The position numbers were made by a program, and so were the translations under genes. A stretch of DNA of 64,000 bases from the NCBI GenBank assembly GCA_951406725.2, contig OX597817.1:124186001-124250000 (forward strand), in the 5' to 3' direction. The DNA comes from Octopus vulgaris (lineage: Eukaryota). Shown here piece after piece: positions 25,881 through 39,045 of this stretch. The notes beneath the pieces are model-generated. The model did not search any database. It saw only the letters and a program-made list of their open reading frames with translations, and had not been told where the DNA came from. Numbering within the stretch: the stretch's first letter is position 1; each line of letters starts with the position of its first letter.

Positions 25881-26655
25881 GGCTGTGTGGTAAGAAGTTT
25901 GCTTCCCAGCTAAATGGATTCTGTCTCGTTACCTGGCACCTTGGGCAAGTATCTTCTTCTATTATAATCTTGAGCTGACCAAAATGTTGTGAGGGGATTT
26001 GGTAAACGGAAACTGAAAGAAGCTTGTCATGTGTGTGTGTGTGTGTCTGTGTTTGCCCAACACCACTGATTGACAACCGGTGTTGGTGTATTTATGTCTC
26101 CATAACTTGGCAGTTTGGCAAAAGAGGCAAATAGAACAGCTACCAGGCTTGACAAAAAAAAAAGAAAAAGTACTGGAGTTGAAAAATTTAACTAAAATTC
26201 TCCAGGCGTAGGAGTGGCTCTGTGGTAAGTAGCTTGCTTACCAACCACATGGTTCTGGATTCAGTCCCACTGCATGGCACCTTGGGCAAGTGTATTCTAC
26301 TATAGTCTCGGGCCGACCAAAGCCTTGTGAGTGGATTTGGTAGACGGAAACTGAAAGACGCCCGTCGTATATATGTATGTGTGTGTATATGTTTGTGTGT
26401 CTGTGTTTGTCCCCCCAACATCGCTTGACCACCAATGCTGGTGTGTTTACGTCCCCGTAACTTAGCAGTTTGGCAAAAGAGACTGATAGAATAAGTACTA
26501 GGCTTACAAAGAATAAGTCCTGGGGTCAGTTTGCTCAACTGAAGGCAGTGCTCCAGCATGACCACAGTCAAATGACTGAAACAAGTAAAAGAGTAAAAAG
26601 AGTAAGGTGATGCCCCAGCATGGCTGCATTATAATGACGGAAACAAGTAAAAAAA
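25881..26655 (+). mobile_element. Older family-A SINE interrupted by a younger family-A SINE
   Basis: The host runs to ACTAAAATTCTCC (26203) and resumes at AAGGTGATGCCCCAGCATGG (26604). Confidence 0.8.
26204..26603 (+). mobile_element. SINE family A (nested)
   Basis: Full-length copy. Confidence 0.9.
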
Positions 26656-27374
26656 TTTAAGATATAATCAGTAGTAAGTTGGTTCATTTTATCTTGTAAA
26701 ATATTTGCAATGTGATTGGTGTTGGTCCAACAATTTAGGCTGGAGATTTCCTTCCTGATTATGGTTTAGAAAAAGGCAATATAGTAAAAACAAAATAATA
26801 AGATATATTACATTACTATGAAGAGAGGAAATTTTGTCTTCAAGGCAAACTAACATATCTAACATATTGCTTTCACAATTGTCTTTATTCCCAGGGATAT
26901 TGGAATTGCTGTTTACTATTTTGAATAGTATCTCTTATTTCTTATTCTCTGGACACTTTTACTTGATATTGGAGATCCTAGATAAGGCTAAAGGCATTAT
27001 CCTTCCAATATGATATTCCAAAAAACAAATTTAATTCACATATAACACTATTCAATATGTTGTTGTTGTTTAGCCCTAGGTGAACTCTCAAAGAGCAGAA
27101 ATGATCAAAGATGTTCAAGCCATAAACTTGATTTTATTCAGAAAGTGTTCACAAAGGATTATGTTATCTAATGTACACTTTTCGTTTTTCAACAATGAGG
27201 TGTGATTGAGGAAGAATTCGTTGTTAATGTCTTAGAGTCAAGAGAATTAATTCTAACATATCAACAGGAAAAAATTATTTACAGAAGTATATTTTCACAC
27301 TGAAGAAGGTCTATACTCCAGTTATAGAACTCAAGTTTCTACCAAAACATACAAATAAACCTGTTTACAAATAT

Positions 27375-27565
27375 TAGTTTCAAATTTTGGCCCAAGGCCA
27401 GCATGTTCGAGGGAGAAATTAAGTCAGTTACACTCACCCCAAGTTCAACTCGTACTTATCTGGCTGACCTCAAAAGGATAAAAGGCAAACCGGACTTCTG
27501 CAGAATTTGAACTCAGAACGTAAAGATGGATGAAATGCTAACAATTCTGCCAACTTTGTGCCCTC
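27375..27565 (-). mobile_element. SINE family B
   Basis: AAAGGATAAAAGGCAAAC...GAATTTGAACTCAGAACGTAAAG...CTAACAATTCTGCCA. Confidence 0.8.
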
Positions 27566-27679
27566 ATGTTTATAAATATTATGTACATATTGTTATTATT
27601 GTTGATCACCTGTAATCACCCTTAACTCTGGGTTTCATTTAAGAAGTAATTAAGACATAATTACTTAATTAAGGATCAA

Positions 27680-27843
27680 TGAATAATGTTTTTATTCAAC
27701 ATATTCCCCTCTCAGATTCACTCACTTATTGCAGTGGTCTTTCAGTTTTTCTAAGCCTTGTAAAAGAACTAAGAAGGTCAGACCTCCAACCAGGCCTTTC
27801 ACAATACCATTAAAACCAGGAACCTTGCCACACCCCTCATGTA
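27680..27843. mobile_element. Mariner-type MITE fragment
   Basis: The end AACCAGGAACCTTGCCACACCCCTCATGTA resembles a mariner CGAGGGG-type TIR followed by TA; the other end is not seen. Confidence 0.5.
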
Positions 27844-27847
27844 TATA

Positions 27848-28011
27848 TATAATCTAAATAAATGAAAAGATAAAGAAATTCTTTAACACATATTTAATGA
27901 TTCATTACAATTGTTTTCTGTACCAACTCTACTTGCAATGACACAGAAACAATTGTAAAAAATCATAAAAGATGTGTTAAAGAATTTTTTTGTCTTATTA
28001 TTTGGATTATA
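27848..28011. repeat. Imperfect inverted repeat (~70-bp arms), Penelope-type fold-back
   Basis: AATTCTTTAACACAT...TTACAATTGTTTTCTGT pairs with ACAGAAACAATTGTAA...ATGTGTTAAAGAATT. Confidence 0.85.
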
Positions 28012-28419
28012 ATTTACTCTTCACCCAACCTGACAGTGTTGATAGTCCAGAATTCAGATTGAGTTCTTTTCTAGAAAAACCCTACTCTTATACCCACTCC
28101 AGGACCTTAGATATACACACACACATATATATATATGAACATTAACATGGACATAGCCATGATAACTAAGGGACTAAGTTTATCTCAAAGCAAGGAAACT
28201 TACATCGTACTTAATATTTTCTCTGCTATTAATAATATTGTGAATGAGAATACATGTAACAGATTATAATTAACAGTTCTAAATGAATCAGTAATGTTAA
28301 TGAAAACATTTTATTTCTGTGGCACATTAATTTCTATTCTAATTTCAACTGTTTCCATTTCATTACATTATCTATTTCTTATATATTGATAAATACATAT
28401 ATGTATATACACTCATCAC

Positions 28420-28487
28420 ACACCGATAATATTTAAATGTATATATATTTGTGTGTATATATATATATATATATACATACATATATA

Positions 28488-28528
<41 letters not shown>

Positions 28529-28630
28529 TATATATATATGTGTGTATATATATATATATATAGATAGATAGATAGATAGATATATATATAGAGAGATATA
28601 TAGATATATATGCACATATGTATGTGTGTT
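28420..28630. repeat. Compound (TA)n/(TAGA)n microsatellite
   Basis: Directly visible. Confidence 0.9.
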
Positions 28631-28964
28631 TGTGAAAACAGATTCAATTAAGGTTCCTTTACATTTACAACTACATATTTAAGTACCAGCTCATTTTCTC
28701 TTCATTTCAATATATCAATTATATTTGTTTTGACACACTGTAAATGGAAGCTAATTAATCTGAAATTGGCTTCTATCAGTTGATCAACTGAAGAGAAATT
28801 AGGTGTTCTATTAACAAAATACTTTTCATGACTTAGATGTGATATGAATATACACATACTTATACATATATGTGTGTGTGTGTGTATATATTTATGTATA
28901 TGTATCTACATATATTTGTATGTGTGTGTGTCTGTCTGTAAATGTGTGCATGTGTGTTGGTGTA

Positions 28965-29135
28965 GCTCTTCGGTAAGAAGCTTACTTCTAGCTTCATGGG
29001 TTCTTGATTCAGTCCTATTGCATGGCACCTTGGGCATATCTTCTGCTACAGCTCTGGGCCAAACAAAGTCTCATGAGTGGATTTGGTAGATGGAAACTGA
29101 AAGAAGCCTGTTGCATATATGAGTATATACGTGTG
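28965..29135 (+). mobile_element. SINE family A, diverged 5' half
   Basis: GGTAAGAAGCTT...CATGGCACCTTGGGCA...GAGTGGATTTGGTAGATGGAAACTGAAAGAAGCC. Confidence 0.75.
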
Positions 29136-29719
29136 TGTGTCAGATATACATATATGCACACACACAAAAACTACACAAATACAAAAAGAGGACATAACAA
29201 CAGGTGTCTTTCAACTAAGGACAAATTAAATTAAGCTGGCGTGTGTGGAAGTAAAGCCTTATGGCAGGGACATAGGATTTAACAAGCACAGGAAGGAATA
29301 TAGATGTTGCACGGACAGTAGTCCAACCCAGTCACATGGGGAGAGAAGAGAGAGAGAGGTAGAGGCAGAGTGATAGAAAAATTAAGGAGGGGCAAGAGAA
29401 AAATGAAAGAGACAGTGAAGTGAAAGAGGGAAAGTGAGCATGAAGAGAAGGCCATGAAATGTGAGAGAGAGGGAACGAAAGAACGAAGAGTGGCATGAAC
29501 GAAGTGAGAAAGGGCTGAAAGAAAGAATATAAAGAACAACAGAGTCATACAAAATTTAGATGTATATACTAACATATAAGAAACCAAACTGTACGTACGC
29601 CGTTATATTTTATTTATAAAAAATATAAAAAGGTGACAAGAACGCAAAACATCCAGACAGATGATACAAGGAAAATATACACACACATACACAAACACAC
29701 ATATATACTGAGTTTAAAC

Positions 29720-30730
29720 ACGTGGGGGGTTTTGACAGGATTTTTACAGCTGGATACCCTTCCTTTATATCAACCACTCAGTAGAGTGTACTTAGTGCTT
29801 TTTATGTGGTACAAGCACGGGCGAGGTCAATTTTGGCAAGGTTTTCACTGCTAGATGCCTTTCCAAACACCAACCACTTTGCAATGTGGACTAGGTGCTT
29901 TCAAGAGGAACCAGTGCTGATGGGGTTACCAAGTGTTTGCAAGACCCAAAAAACCCTTTCAAAAACGGAGATGATCTTGTGTAGGATGAAGAAAGCTTAT
30001 AGTGAGACAGAAACAGCTTTCTTGCTGTAGAGGAAGTACAAGGTTACCTGGCCAGAGAGGGAAAGATCAGGAATGAAGACAGAAATAGGTGTTCTACCAC
30101 GAAAGAAATATATGGTTACCCAACCTGAGTGAAGTGCAGGAGAAGGAGAGAGAGAGTGAAAGACAGCGGGATAGAGATGGTGGCAAAATGCCAGGTATAC
30201 TCACAAGGAACAGGGATCAGAATATAAATGGGATGGTTGAATAAAGAAAGAAAGAGATATAGACGGTGACAAGTGCCAGGTAATACCCTTGAGGTTCAAA
30301 CGACATAAGTGGAAGGATATTGCAAAGGAAGTGTAACTAAAAAGTGTGAGTAAGTGGCAAAAAACCTGGGTACATATAGAGTCAGTCAGGTTACCAGATA
30401 GCAGTGATACAGAGGAAGAGGTCTGTAAGGACAGGATTAGGTAGAGTGAGAGGTAAGCATAGTGTATGAAGGAGGAAATGTGAGAAAAGGAAGCAATGTG
30501 GAGATGTAGATTGGTTTGTTGGAGTAGGGTGAGGTCGGGGGCTAGCAATAATAGAGACAGGACATGTGGGTAGAACATAGAGCTTGGAGGAAACTGGAGA
30601 GCAATGATACAATGGCACAGGGCCAAGAGGACAGGATTGGGGAGTGGAAGGTAAGCATAGTGCATGAAGCAGAAATGTTAGGAAGAGAAGAGATATAGAG
30701 ATCTAGTTTGGTTTGTTGGGGTAGAGTGTA
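29720..30730 (-). mobile_element. Diverged RTE-related 3' UTR with a purine-rich extension and a ~200-bp-period internal duplication
   Basis: TTTTACAGCTGGATACCCTTCC and CAACCACT motifs; GGACAGGATT...GGTAAGCATAGTG.ATGAAG...TTGGTTTGTTGG.GTAG repeated at ~30429 and ~30629. Confidence 0.55.
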
Positions 30731-30831
30731 TGAGAAGTTCTCTTAAGTGTGGGTGGAACACACAACTCTTCTAATACTCGGTTTCACTGACGTGGGTGGA
30801 TCTTCTCAAGAATTTCATATCACTGGAGGGT

Positions 30832-31760
30832 TTATCAGCTGAAACATGTTAACAAACAAGATTAGGACAAATATCCGTCAAATGTAAATAATGTAAATAA
30901 GGTAAAAGCTAGGATTTCTATATGTGTATATGTGTGTGTATGAATGTGTGCATACCTCACTGTTGTGGGATGTGGCTTGATAAGTGAATGTATATGAAGA
31001 ACCCCATTCATCCTCAAAATCTAAAGAGAATTAGAAAAAGAAGAGGAATCTATTTTAATCCACCATTCAGCGAAAGAGTTTCCATTAATGTAGCTAACTG
31101 TCTCCCATTATAAGTTAAAAAGCATTTTCCAAGAAGCTTTAAATATCATAAACTGTTTAATTCCCATAACATCAAGGTTAGCTACTTAAACAAGAATGCT
31201 TCAAATATTACTCACAACAATAAAGGCAAACACACAGCCACACAAACCCTACCTCATATTCAAACCTGTAGCTATCAAAATTATTTCAACTGTCCATTTG
31301 GCAGATACTGCATCTCAAAGGCTGTAGTCTAAAGAACCATCCTTACATCTGATAGCATCACAAGAAATTCAAGGGACATGACAGCCAATGACTTTAAGAG
31401 AAGATATACGCAACACATACTCTCCAAGCGCTGAGCCAAGGAAATGTCCACCTCCTTGTGTCACTTTATGTAGGGACTCTGGGACCTTTGAAATCACTTT
31501 CCAAGCTTCAAATGGAATATTCTTTTCAGAGCTTTCCTTACACACAATTGCTAATTCTTCCATTGCGAGAAATTGTACATCTTCCAAAAGTTTGCAGCAT
31601 CCATCAATAGGAAAAATGCACTGTCTTGTTATTGCTCTAGTGACTAATAACCCAGATATACCACCTTAGGTTTAACTGACCCATGCTGTCATAAAACACT
31701 AGAAACAATTTTGATTCTCTTTTAACCTCATACTCCTCTGTTTCTGGACATCCACTCGGA
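30832..31760 (+). mobile_element. Penelope-like element remnant (pLTR piece, RT C-terminus/linker, possible GIY-YIG start)
   Basis: Plus translation RGIYFNPPFSERVSINVA and KHFPRSFKYHKLFNSHNIKVSY matches the Penelope motif WFNPPFS...KHFP..H.YHKIFN...KVSYS. Downstream NCTSS...VTNNPDIPP is only suggestive. Confidence 0.7.
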
Positions 31761-31811
31761 TGGACTCCTACACTTACAAGTAGGTAACGTGAACCAGGGT
31801 CAAACTGTTAT

Positions 31812-32030
31812 TGATCCTTTCTACTATAGGCCCAAGGCCTGAAATTTCAGTGGAGGAGACTAGTCAATTACATCGGCCCCACTGCTCAACTGTTACTTAT
31901 TTTATCGACCCTGAAAGGATGAAAGGCAAAGTCAACCCTGGGGAAATTTGAAGCCAGAATATAAAGATGGGCGAAATATCGATAAACATTTCACCTGATG
32001 TGCTAACAATTCTGTGAGCTCACGGCCATA
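31812..32030 (-). mobile_element. SINE family B
   Basis: TACTTATTTTATCGACCCTGAAAGGATGAAAGGCAAAGTCAACC. Confidence 0.85.
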
Positions 32031-32444
32031 AACTGTTATTTATACTCCAATTGAGTGCTTCTTTCTTTTATTTCTTAACTATTCATGTGAGTCTGTGTGT
32101 GTCTGTGTATGTTTATGTATATATGTGCCTGTGTATTTGTCTTGGTTTGCATTAGTGCTCTACAAGAGTTGCTGCAAGCTCTGTTGTTATTGCTACTTCT
32201 CTAGTCAACACATTATAAAGTCACTGGGGTTTTGAAGATGTGTGATGAGAGAAATCTTACTTAATAAACCGATAAATGTTAGCAACAGGAAAGGAATCCA
32301 GTTGTAAAGCAATGCCTCAGCAATATATTCCTCTAATTTTAGACAACCTGGAAAAATGAACATTAACAAAAATGCAGGTATATGTGTACATTTGTCTGTA
32401 TATTTATTCTATTTCAAACACAGAATCTTAATTTAAATGACATG

Positions 32445-32447
32445 ATT

Positions 32448-32478
<31 letters not shown>

Positions 32479-32479
32479 C

Positions 32480-32527
<48 letters not shown>

Positions 32528-32705
32528 TGTGTCTCTTTTGTTCATTTGTGCACGCATTTGTTCCCCACATCCTTTCTTTTTTGTCTTTCTTTTTTCTGTG
32601 TGTGTGTGTGTGTTTATGTCTGTCTGTCTGTCTATGTGTCTGTCTTTCTTCATTTTTTCATATGTTTCTTCCTTCTTTGTTTGTTTGTTTCTTTCTTTCT
32701 TTCTT
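32445..32705. repeat. (CTTT)n plus TG/TCTG low-complexity tract
   Basis: Directly visible. Confidence 0.9.
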
Positions 32706-33589
32706 AATCCACATACTTACCAGTAGGTGAGTGGGTTTATGCAAACATCGGAAATTGTCACCATTTCATGTACTGCTGAAAATTTCTTTTCTATGTTGAT
32801 AGCAACATTGATAAAAAACGTTCCATTTTCAAGGTTTCCAGGAACTGTTAATGTACTGGAAGTTATTTTAAGCAAAATATATTATGATTACAAGCATATT
32901 AGGTGAAATTTTTTATTGCCATAATCTATTGGGTTTTTTTAATAAAATATAGGAACACACAAATTGACAAACTGACTTTGAATTTTTAGTATGATAAAGA
33001 CATATAGATAGTGAATTATGCATATGAATAATATGTGTGTATTTATATATTTTTTTTAGATGAATACAAAATCAAATAATTCTTGATGAATCATGAATCA
33101 TGGTATATGTTCCACCATTCATATCAACCACGATGAAAAAGTATTAATCTTTAATGTGATATATTTTGGTTTTGAAGACAATGGAATTAATAGATAATAT
33201 GATTGATATTAATGACTTCTGTTATTATTACTTTTACAGGTAATATATCCAAAAATATAACATAAATAGATATAAATGGTTTTCTAAGAAAATACATTCT
33301 GTAAATGTTGATTGTGTTGTTTCTATATAGATATGGCATTATTCAAAAGTCAGTTTGTTTATACTATTTAGCTCTTTAGCTTATTCTCAGACTGTAATGT
33401 TACTGCATTGCTTGTGGCATTAGTCAGAATTAATAAGACTATAGAAAACTGGAAGTCAGTGATTTTTGTTTGTTGTTTAGCTCCAGGTTATGCTTGAGCT
33501 AGATGGTATATATCCCCAAAAGAAAAAAAAAAAAAGAAAAGCTATGACTATCCAATCGTTTTTAGAATTTGTAACATGCTTGCTTCATG

Positions 33590-33826
33590 CTCTTGCTTGG
33601 TGGGGCTGGGGTCATTCCAGGTGAGTGGTTACAGAGACATCATCATGTGTTGAGCTGACCAGGTTCACTAGTGCTTTCCATCACTAGCAGTCCCATGCCA
33701 GCCTCTCTGCATCCTCCGAGGTGATGTTGAGCCTCTCGAGATCTTCTCCGATCACATCCAGCCATTTGGTGTGGGGCCTGTCATGAGACCTCTTCCAACC
33801 TGCAGCTGCTGCATTGAATGAGAGTA
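33590..33826 (-). mobile_element. LINE (RTE-type) ORF2 C-terminal fragment of a different family
   Basis: Minus translation GWKRSHDRPHTKWLDVIGEDLERLNITSEDAERLAWDC**WKALV resembles the R.RGRP..W.D....DL...A.DR..W motif. Confidence 0.7.
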
Positions 33827-34660
33827 AATAATTCCAAAAGACCCGTCTTTTTTAAGATGATTGGGTATGCTTTAGAGACGAGATTTTTAGAATAAATTCC
33901 CTCATCAGTGTAATCTTTTATCCGAATATAATGCATGGATGTGACATTAACGCTATGTAATAGTTCTCACAATGTTAATCACATCCACAGGAAAGAAACA
34001 ACAGCATCATATTTAATGGGCACTCAGTGAAAAGAAAAACGAAAAGAGATCAAGCATTCATAATTGGTTTAGTTTACTATTTTTGGAATGGACAAGGTTT
34101 GAAGCAAAATAATCATTATTCCAATAGTAAATATCACAGTGAATGTCACTGCAAAATACGTGGACAAAATATACAAACCGTTAAAACTGGGAACTGCTCG
34201 TTGTTTAGTCCCTGGTTATTCTTGAATGAGCAAACTTATGATTAGAACTTTTCCAACCAAAATACTTTCAGTTTATTTATTTATTCATTTTTATTCATAC
34301 AGTGTATGCATAAAACAATATTAAACGATATATTCTTTCTTTTTTAAGACAGTAAATGTATGTTTTATGAAAGAGTTGCTGCAATTCCTCTCAGGTTTAG
34401 TGAGCACATAGAGGCATAGAAATGTGTTGCTAGCATGTAAGTGAAAATTTGCTTATATATCGATTTCTCATTGTAGAGGGAACGTGCAGAAGAAATAGAC
34501 CCAGGAAGTTGTGGGTTAAATTGGTGAGAAATGATCTTCAGACGTTGGGCCAAACAGATGGGGATGACAAGGGACTGAAACTTCTGGTGGTTTCCTGTGC
34601 TTGAGAAGACATGCCAAACTAAAGGAAATCGTGGTTGTCCTTGCATACAAGTATGTCCCC

Positions 34661-35083
34661 TACTCTTTTACTCTCTTTACTCTTTTACTTGTTTCAGTCA
34701 TTTGACTGCAGCCATGCTGGAGCACCGCCTTTAGTCGTGCAAATCAACCCCTGGACTTATTCTTTGTAAGCCCAGTACTTGTTCTATCAGTCTCTTTTGC
34801 CGAACCGCTAAGTGACAGGGACGTAAACACACCAGCATCGGTTTTCAAGCAATGCTAGGGGGACAAACACAGACACACAAACATATACACACACATACAT
34901 ATATATATATATACATATATACGACAGGCTTCTTTCAGTTTCCGTCTACCAAATCCACTCACAAGGCATTGGTCGGCCCAGGGCTATAGATGAAGACACT
35001 TGCCCAACATGCCATGCAGTGGGACTGAACCCGAAACCATGTGGTTGGTAAGCAAGCTACTTACCACACAGCCGCTCCTGCCC
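34661..35083 (-). mobile_element. SINE family A with a target-site duplication, inserted in an older RTE 3' fragment
   Basis: Full length; TATGTCCC occurs at 34652-34659 and 35084-35091. An RTE-like 3' end continues on the + strand to (GAT)n at ~35380. Confidence 0.9.
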
Positions 35084-35768
35084 TATGTCCCTCTTCAGCT
35101 GAATGATCCTAATCTTGCAGGCTCATGGGTGCTGGTGTCACATAAAACCTACCCATGCTAGTGCCAAATAAAAGCACCTGTGCTTGTGTTGTGTAAAAGC
35201 TTTAAGTAAAGTAAATGTAAATGCTCTGTAAAGTAGCTAGCATTAGGAAGGGTACCCAGCTGTAGAAACCATACTAAAACACACATAGCACCTAGGCAGC
35301 TCTTCAGCTGGACAATTTCCGCCAAACCGTTCGACCCATGCCAGCATGGAAAACAGAATTTAAATAATAATGATGATGATGTTTTTCATTTCATTATTAT
35401 AAAAAATGAATTTTGTAGCAGATATGGGAGAAGTACAATAAATGTTTCATGTATAATACTCTGCTATGTGTAATATACATCTCGAATTTTAGGATTCATT
35501 TCTTTTGAAAAACCTATTATATTATGTGTAACAAGTCTCTGAATACAGAACTGCTATAAAGTAGGTAATCTGCAATAATCCAAAATATTAGTTTTTAATA
35601 TTCATTTATATATAAAATCATGCAGGTATAGCTGTGTGGTTAAGAAATTAGTTTTCCAGCCACATGGTTTTGAGTTCAGTTCAACTGTGTAGTACTTTGG
35701 ATAAGTGTTTTGTACTCAAGTTCTGAACCAACCAAAGAAGATAGAAAATGAAGGAAGGCTGTTTTATA

Positions 35769-35805
<37 letters not shown>

Positions 35806-38282
35806 ATCCTTACTGAAAAAACCCCACAAATCTTATAAATACAGCTACCTAAGGTTTCTTGGTCAAAATAATAATTTATTCCACTATTTATCAAGCTGAA
35901 AACAAGACTGTTTGTCAGTTATCTTTTGAGCTGATGATGTTTAAACAAGAGATATTGGTAACATTTCTATGTATTTATGTGTGCTAGGGTGTATTCACAT
36001 CTTGTCTTGATATCATATGATAAAGGTAAATTAGTATCACCATCATGCAATGCAACCAGCTTGGTTCATTTGTAATCTTCCATAAAAATCATGTCTGACC
36101 TAGAAGAAATATTATCTTGCTTGGAGAATTGGCAATAGAAAGTGCATGCAGTCATAGAAAATCTGCCTTGATAAATTGCATCTAACCCATGCAAGTATGC
36201 AAAAGTGTATGTTATACTGATGATGATAATGATGATAATCTTGATATAAAATTTTTAAAATTCTTTAAAACTAATAAAGCTTCCTTACATTACAGTGTTA
36301 CTGTTTCTCCATAAAAGTGGATTGGGAACAAAACATTTGCAGTCTAACACCATTTAATATAGGCACACCTAATTTTACTCTTCCTTTTTATGAAAACGCA
36401 TTTATTACACATGGTGTTTTATGGTATATGAGTGAAATATACATAAATATTAGCTCTAGAAAAAGGTGACACATGTAATGCATCATTTTATGGTGTTCAT
36501 CTTTCTTTGCAGTTTTACACCATTTTTCCATACTTGTTCAAAGATGATGATGGATGGATGCCCTTCTTAGCCCTAATCACTCAAGTGTAATGTAGGAGCA
36601 AAATTTACTTTTTACATTTCTTTTTTTACTTCATTTAGTCACGGAAACTTATTCAGGTGAAGAGATGATCAATACTGAAGGGAACTACACAGTGAAAGTT
36701 GTAAAATTTGAAATAATCACTGTTATTATTGAATTAAAAACCTTTGGAAGTAATCATATCCACCATTTTATGACTTAAACATTTGGTCACTGCTCCTTTA
36801 GAACTAAATAATTGATTAGTAAAATTTGAACCTATGACCCTGTAAAGAGTGATCTGCCTTATTGATCTATCAGTCATTGTACTTGCATAAAAAACTTTTT
36901 TTTTCTAAATCTATATGTTGTTTATAAGTAATGGTACTGATACATATTTTGCCTCTTTAGTATAAGCAAAAATTGAATTGAGATTATTCAAAAATCTTAT
37001 GAAAAGAAATATAACAAGGTTGATGCATTATGATAAAATTCCTTGTCTATAGAATAGCTGGAATATCTGTTTAAATCTGCTGATGTTAGTGATGAATGCA
37101 GAATAATATTTGAGAATCAAATATAAATCATTCTGCAGTTCACCCTCGAGCCAGTTACAAACCTCTGGTAATCTGTCTCATACTTCTGTTAACAAGCAAC
37201 AATTTAACTATGGATTTGCTGCATTAACTTACTCCTGTCACTCCTATAAACTATCTAGGGGGGGGGGTCTTTGGAAATGATATGAAGACTACCTCTTCTC
37301 TCTTATTTTGTAATTAATTGTCACAGAGAGAATTTCCTTGGGATTTCCAAAGAATGTTCTAGCTTAATGAGTTAGAACACTCAACAAGCCAGTATAATTT
37401 AAAATTATATGCTTGGCTATATGCTTTGGAAATTGTTTCCTATCAAATATCCAGGACATATGTTCTTATTTTCTTTCTTGTTTAACTTTAATAGATGTTA
37501 AGTTACGGTAGGGCTGTATTAGCTATTAAAGTATTCATACACTGTGATGTTCACACCTCTTCTCAACAAAAAAAAAAAGCAAGTAAAGAAAGAAAGAAAA
37601 AGAAAATATTAAGCTTATGCAGTTTGAAGAGTTGGTCATCATTCAGTTTTGCAGCTTTGACAAATTCTAGATAAACCTTTTTTTATATGATTTGAATGTT
37701 TCTCTGGGAGTGAGATCATCTGGTTTTTTATTCTACTGCAGGGATGTTTTAACAGTATCACAGATCCCTATACAAAGCAACACAGCAGGGCCTATAGTAT
37801 TTATTTATTTACAGCAGGTCACACCATATATAACTTAACATTGGTCTTCTAGTTTTCCTTGATTTTATCAATGTTATGATAGCATAGAAAAATCAGAGTA
37901 AGTTCTATTTAACCAGGAACAGAAACCTATTGTATTACATCTATATTTGAAAATTTATCTGAATAAATTGTATTCATGCAAGCCTGTTGGGTATCGTTGG
38001 TATATCAGAACTGTCAATATGGAGGTTTTTTATTGGAATACACATTGCAGATGTCTGTCATTGTAGCATTATAAATAAGATAACATTACAGAAGGTGATG
38101 AGATCTTCTGCATTATGTGAATGAAAATGTGAAATATAAAAAACAAGATTGTTCAACATCCATATATAAATAATAGCATACATAGAAATTTTTAAATAAT
38201 TAGTCACCAGATGACATTGTACATTTCCTTCCAATACATTTTGTAGGCTTAAATCTTTCAGATGCTCCATATATTTAAAAAC

Positions 38283-39045
38283 TACATTAGGCCTCACTGA
38301 GGCAATGACTATTGACCGAGACCTTTGGAAATATGCTGTGCATGAGAAGACCCAGCAGGACAAGTGAGACCATAACACGTGGCCTTTACCAGGGATGTAG
38401 CCAGCCCACTTATGCACACCTTTCCTTCTTTGGACACAAAATTCTGCGAAGACCTGTTGAGGCAAGTAAAATCGAAATTGAATTCGAAATCGAACCAAAT
38501 TCGACAACTGGCACCCATGCGAACCTCCCTTCATTGGACACTTAACTCTGCTTGCGAAGACCTGTTGGGGCAAGTGAAATCGAAATTGAACCAAATTCGA
38601 TGACTGGCACCCGTGCCAGTGGAGCACCAACAGCTCCATCTGAGCAGGATCACTGCCAGAGCAGCTGTCTGGCTTCCATGCCAGTGGCACGTAAAAAGCA
38701 CCATTTGAGCATGATCATTACCAGCATCGCCTTACTGGCACGTGAACAAAACTTTCAAGTGTGGTCGTTGCCAGTGCCGCTGGACTGACTCCTGTGTAGG
38801 TGGCACGTAAAAAACACCATTTCAAGCAAGGCCATTGCCAGTACCGCCAGACTGGCCCTCGTGCCAGTGGCACGTACAAGAACCCACTACACTCTCGGTG
38901 TGGTGGGCATTAGGAAGGGCATCCAGCTGTAGAAACTCTGCCAGATCAGATTGGAGCCTGGCACAGCCATCTGGTTCACCAGTCCGCAGTCAAATTGTTC
39001 AACCCATGCTAGCATGGAAAGCGGACGTTAAATGATGATGATGAT
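38283..39045 (+). mobile_element. RTE LINE 3' end (ORF2 tail, 3' UTR repeats, (ATG)n tail)
   Basis: Encodes TLGLTEAMTIDRDLWKYAVHEKTQQDK*, matching the end of ORF 5218..5679; contains a ~105-bp tandem duplication at 38423-38617; ends GCGGACGTTAAATGATGATG. Confidence 0.9.

Noticed and set aside
30832-30850. CTGGAGGGTTTATCAGCTGAAAC as a hammerhead stem II plus GAAA
   Set aside because: The CUGANGA core is absent in this copy; kept only as part of the Penelope remnant.
33228-33246. AG|GT recursive-splice-like sites (also ~25088 and ~49463)
   Set aside because: Short motifs expected by chance; no evidence of transcription or strand.
38058-38690. 210-aa minus-strand ORF
   Set aside because: Antisense to an RTE 3' end running into AT-rich flank; no domain signal.
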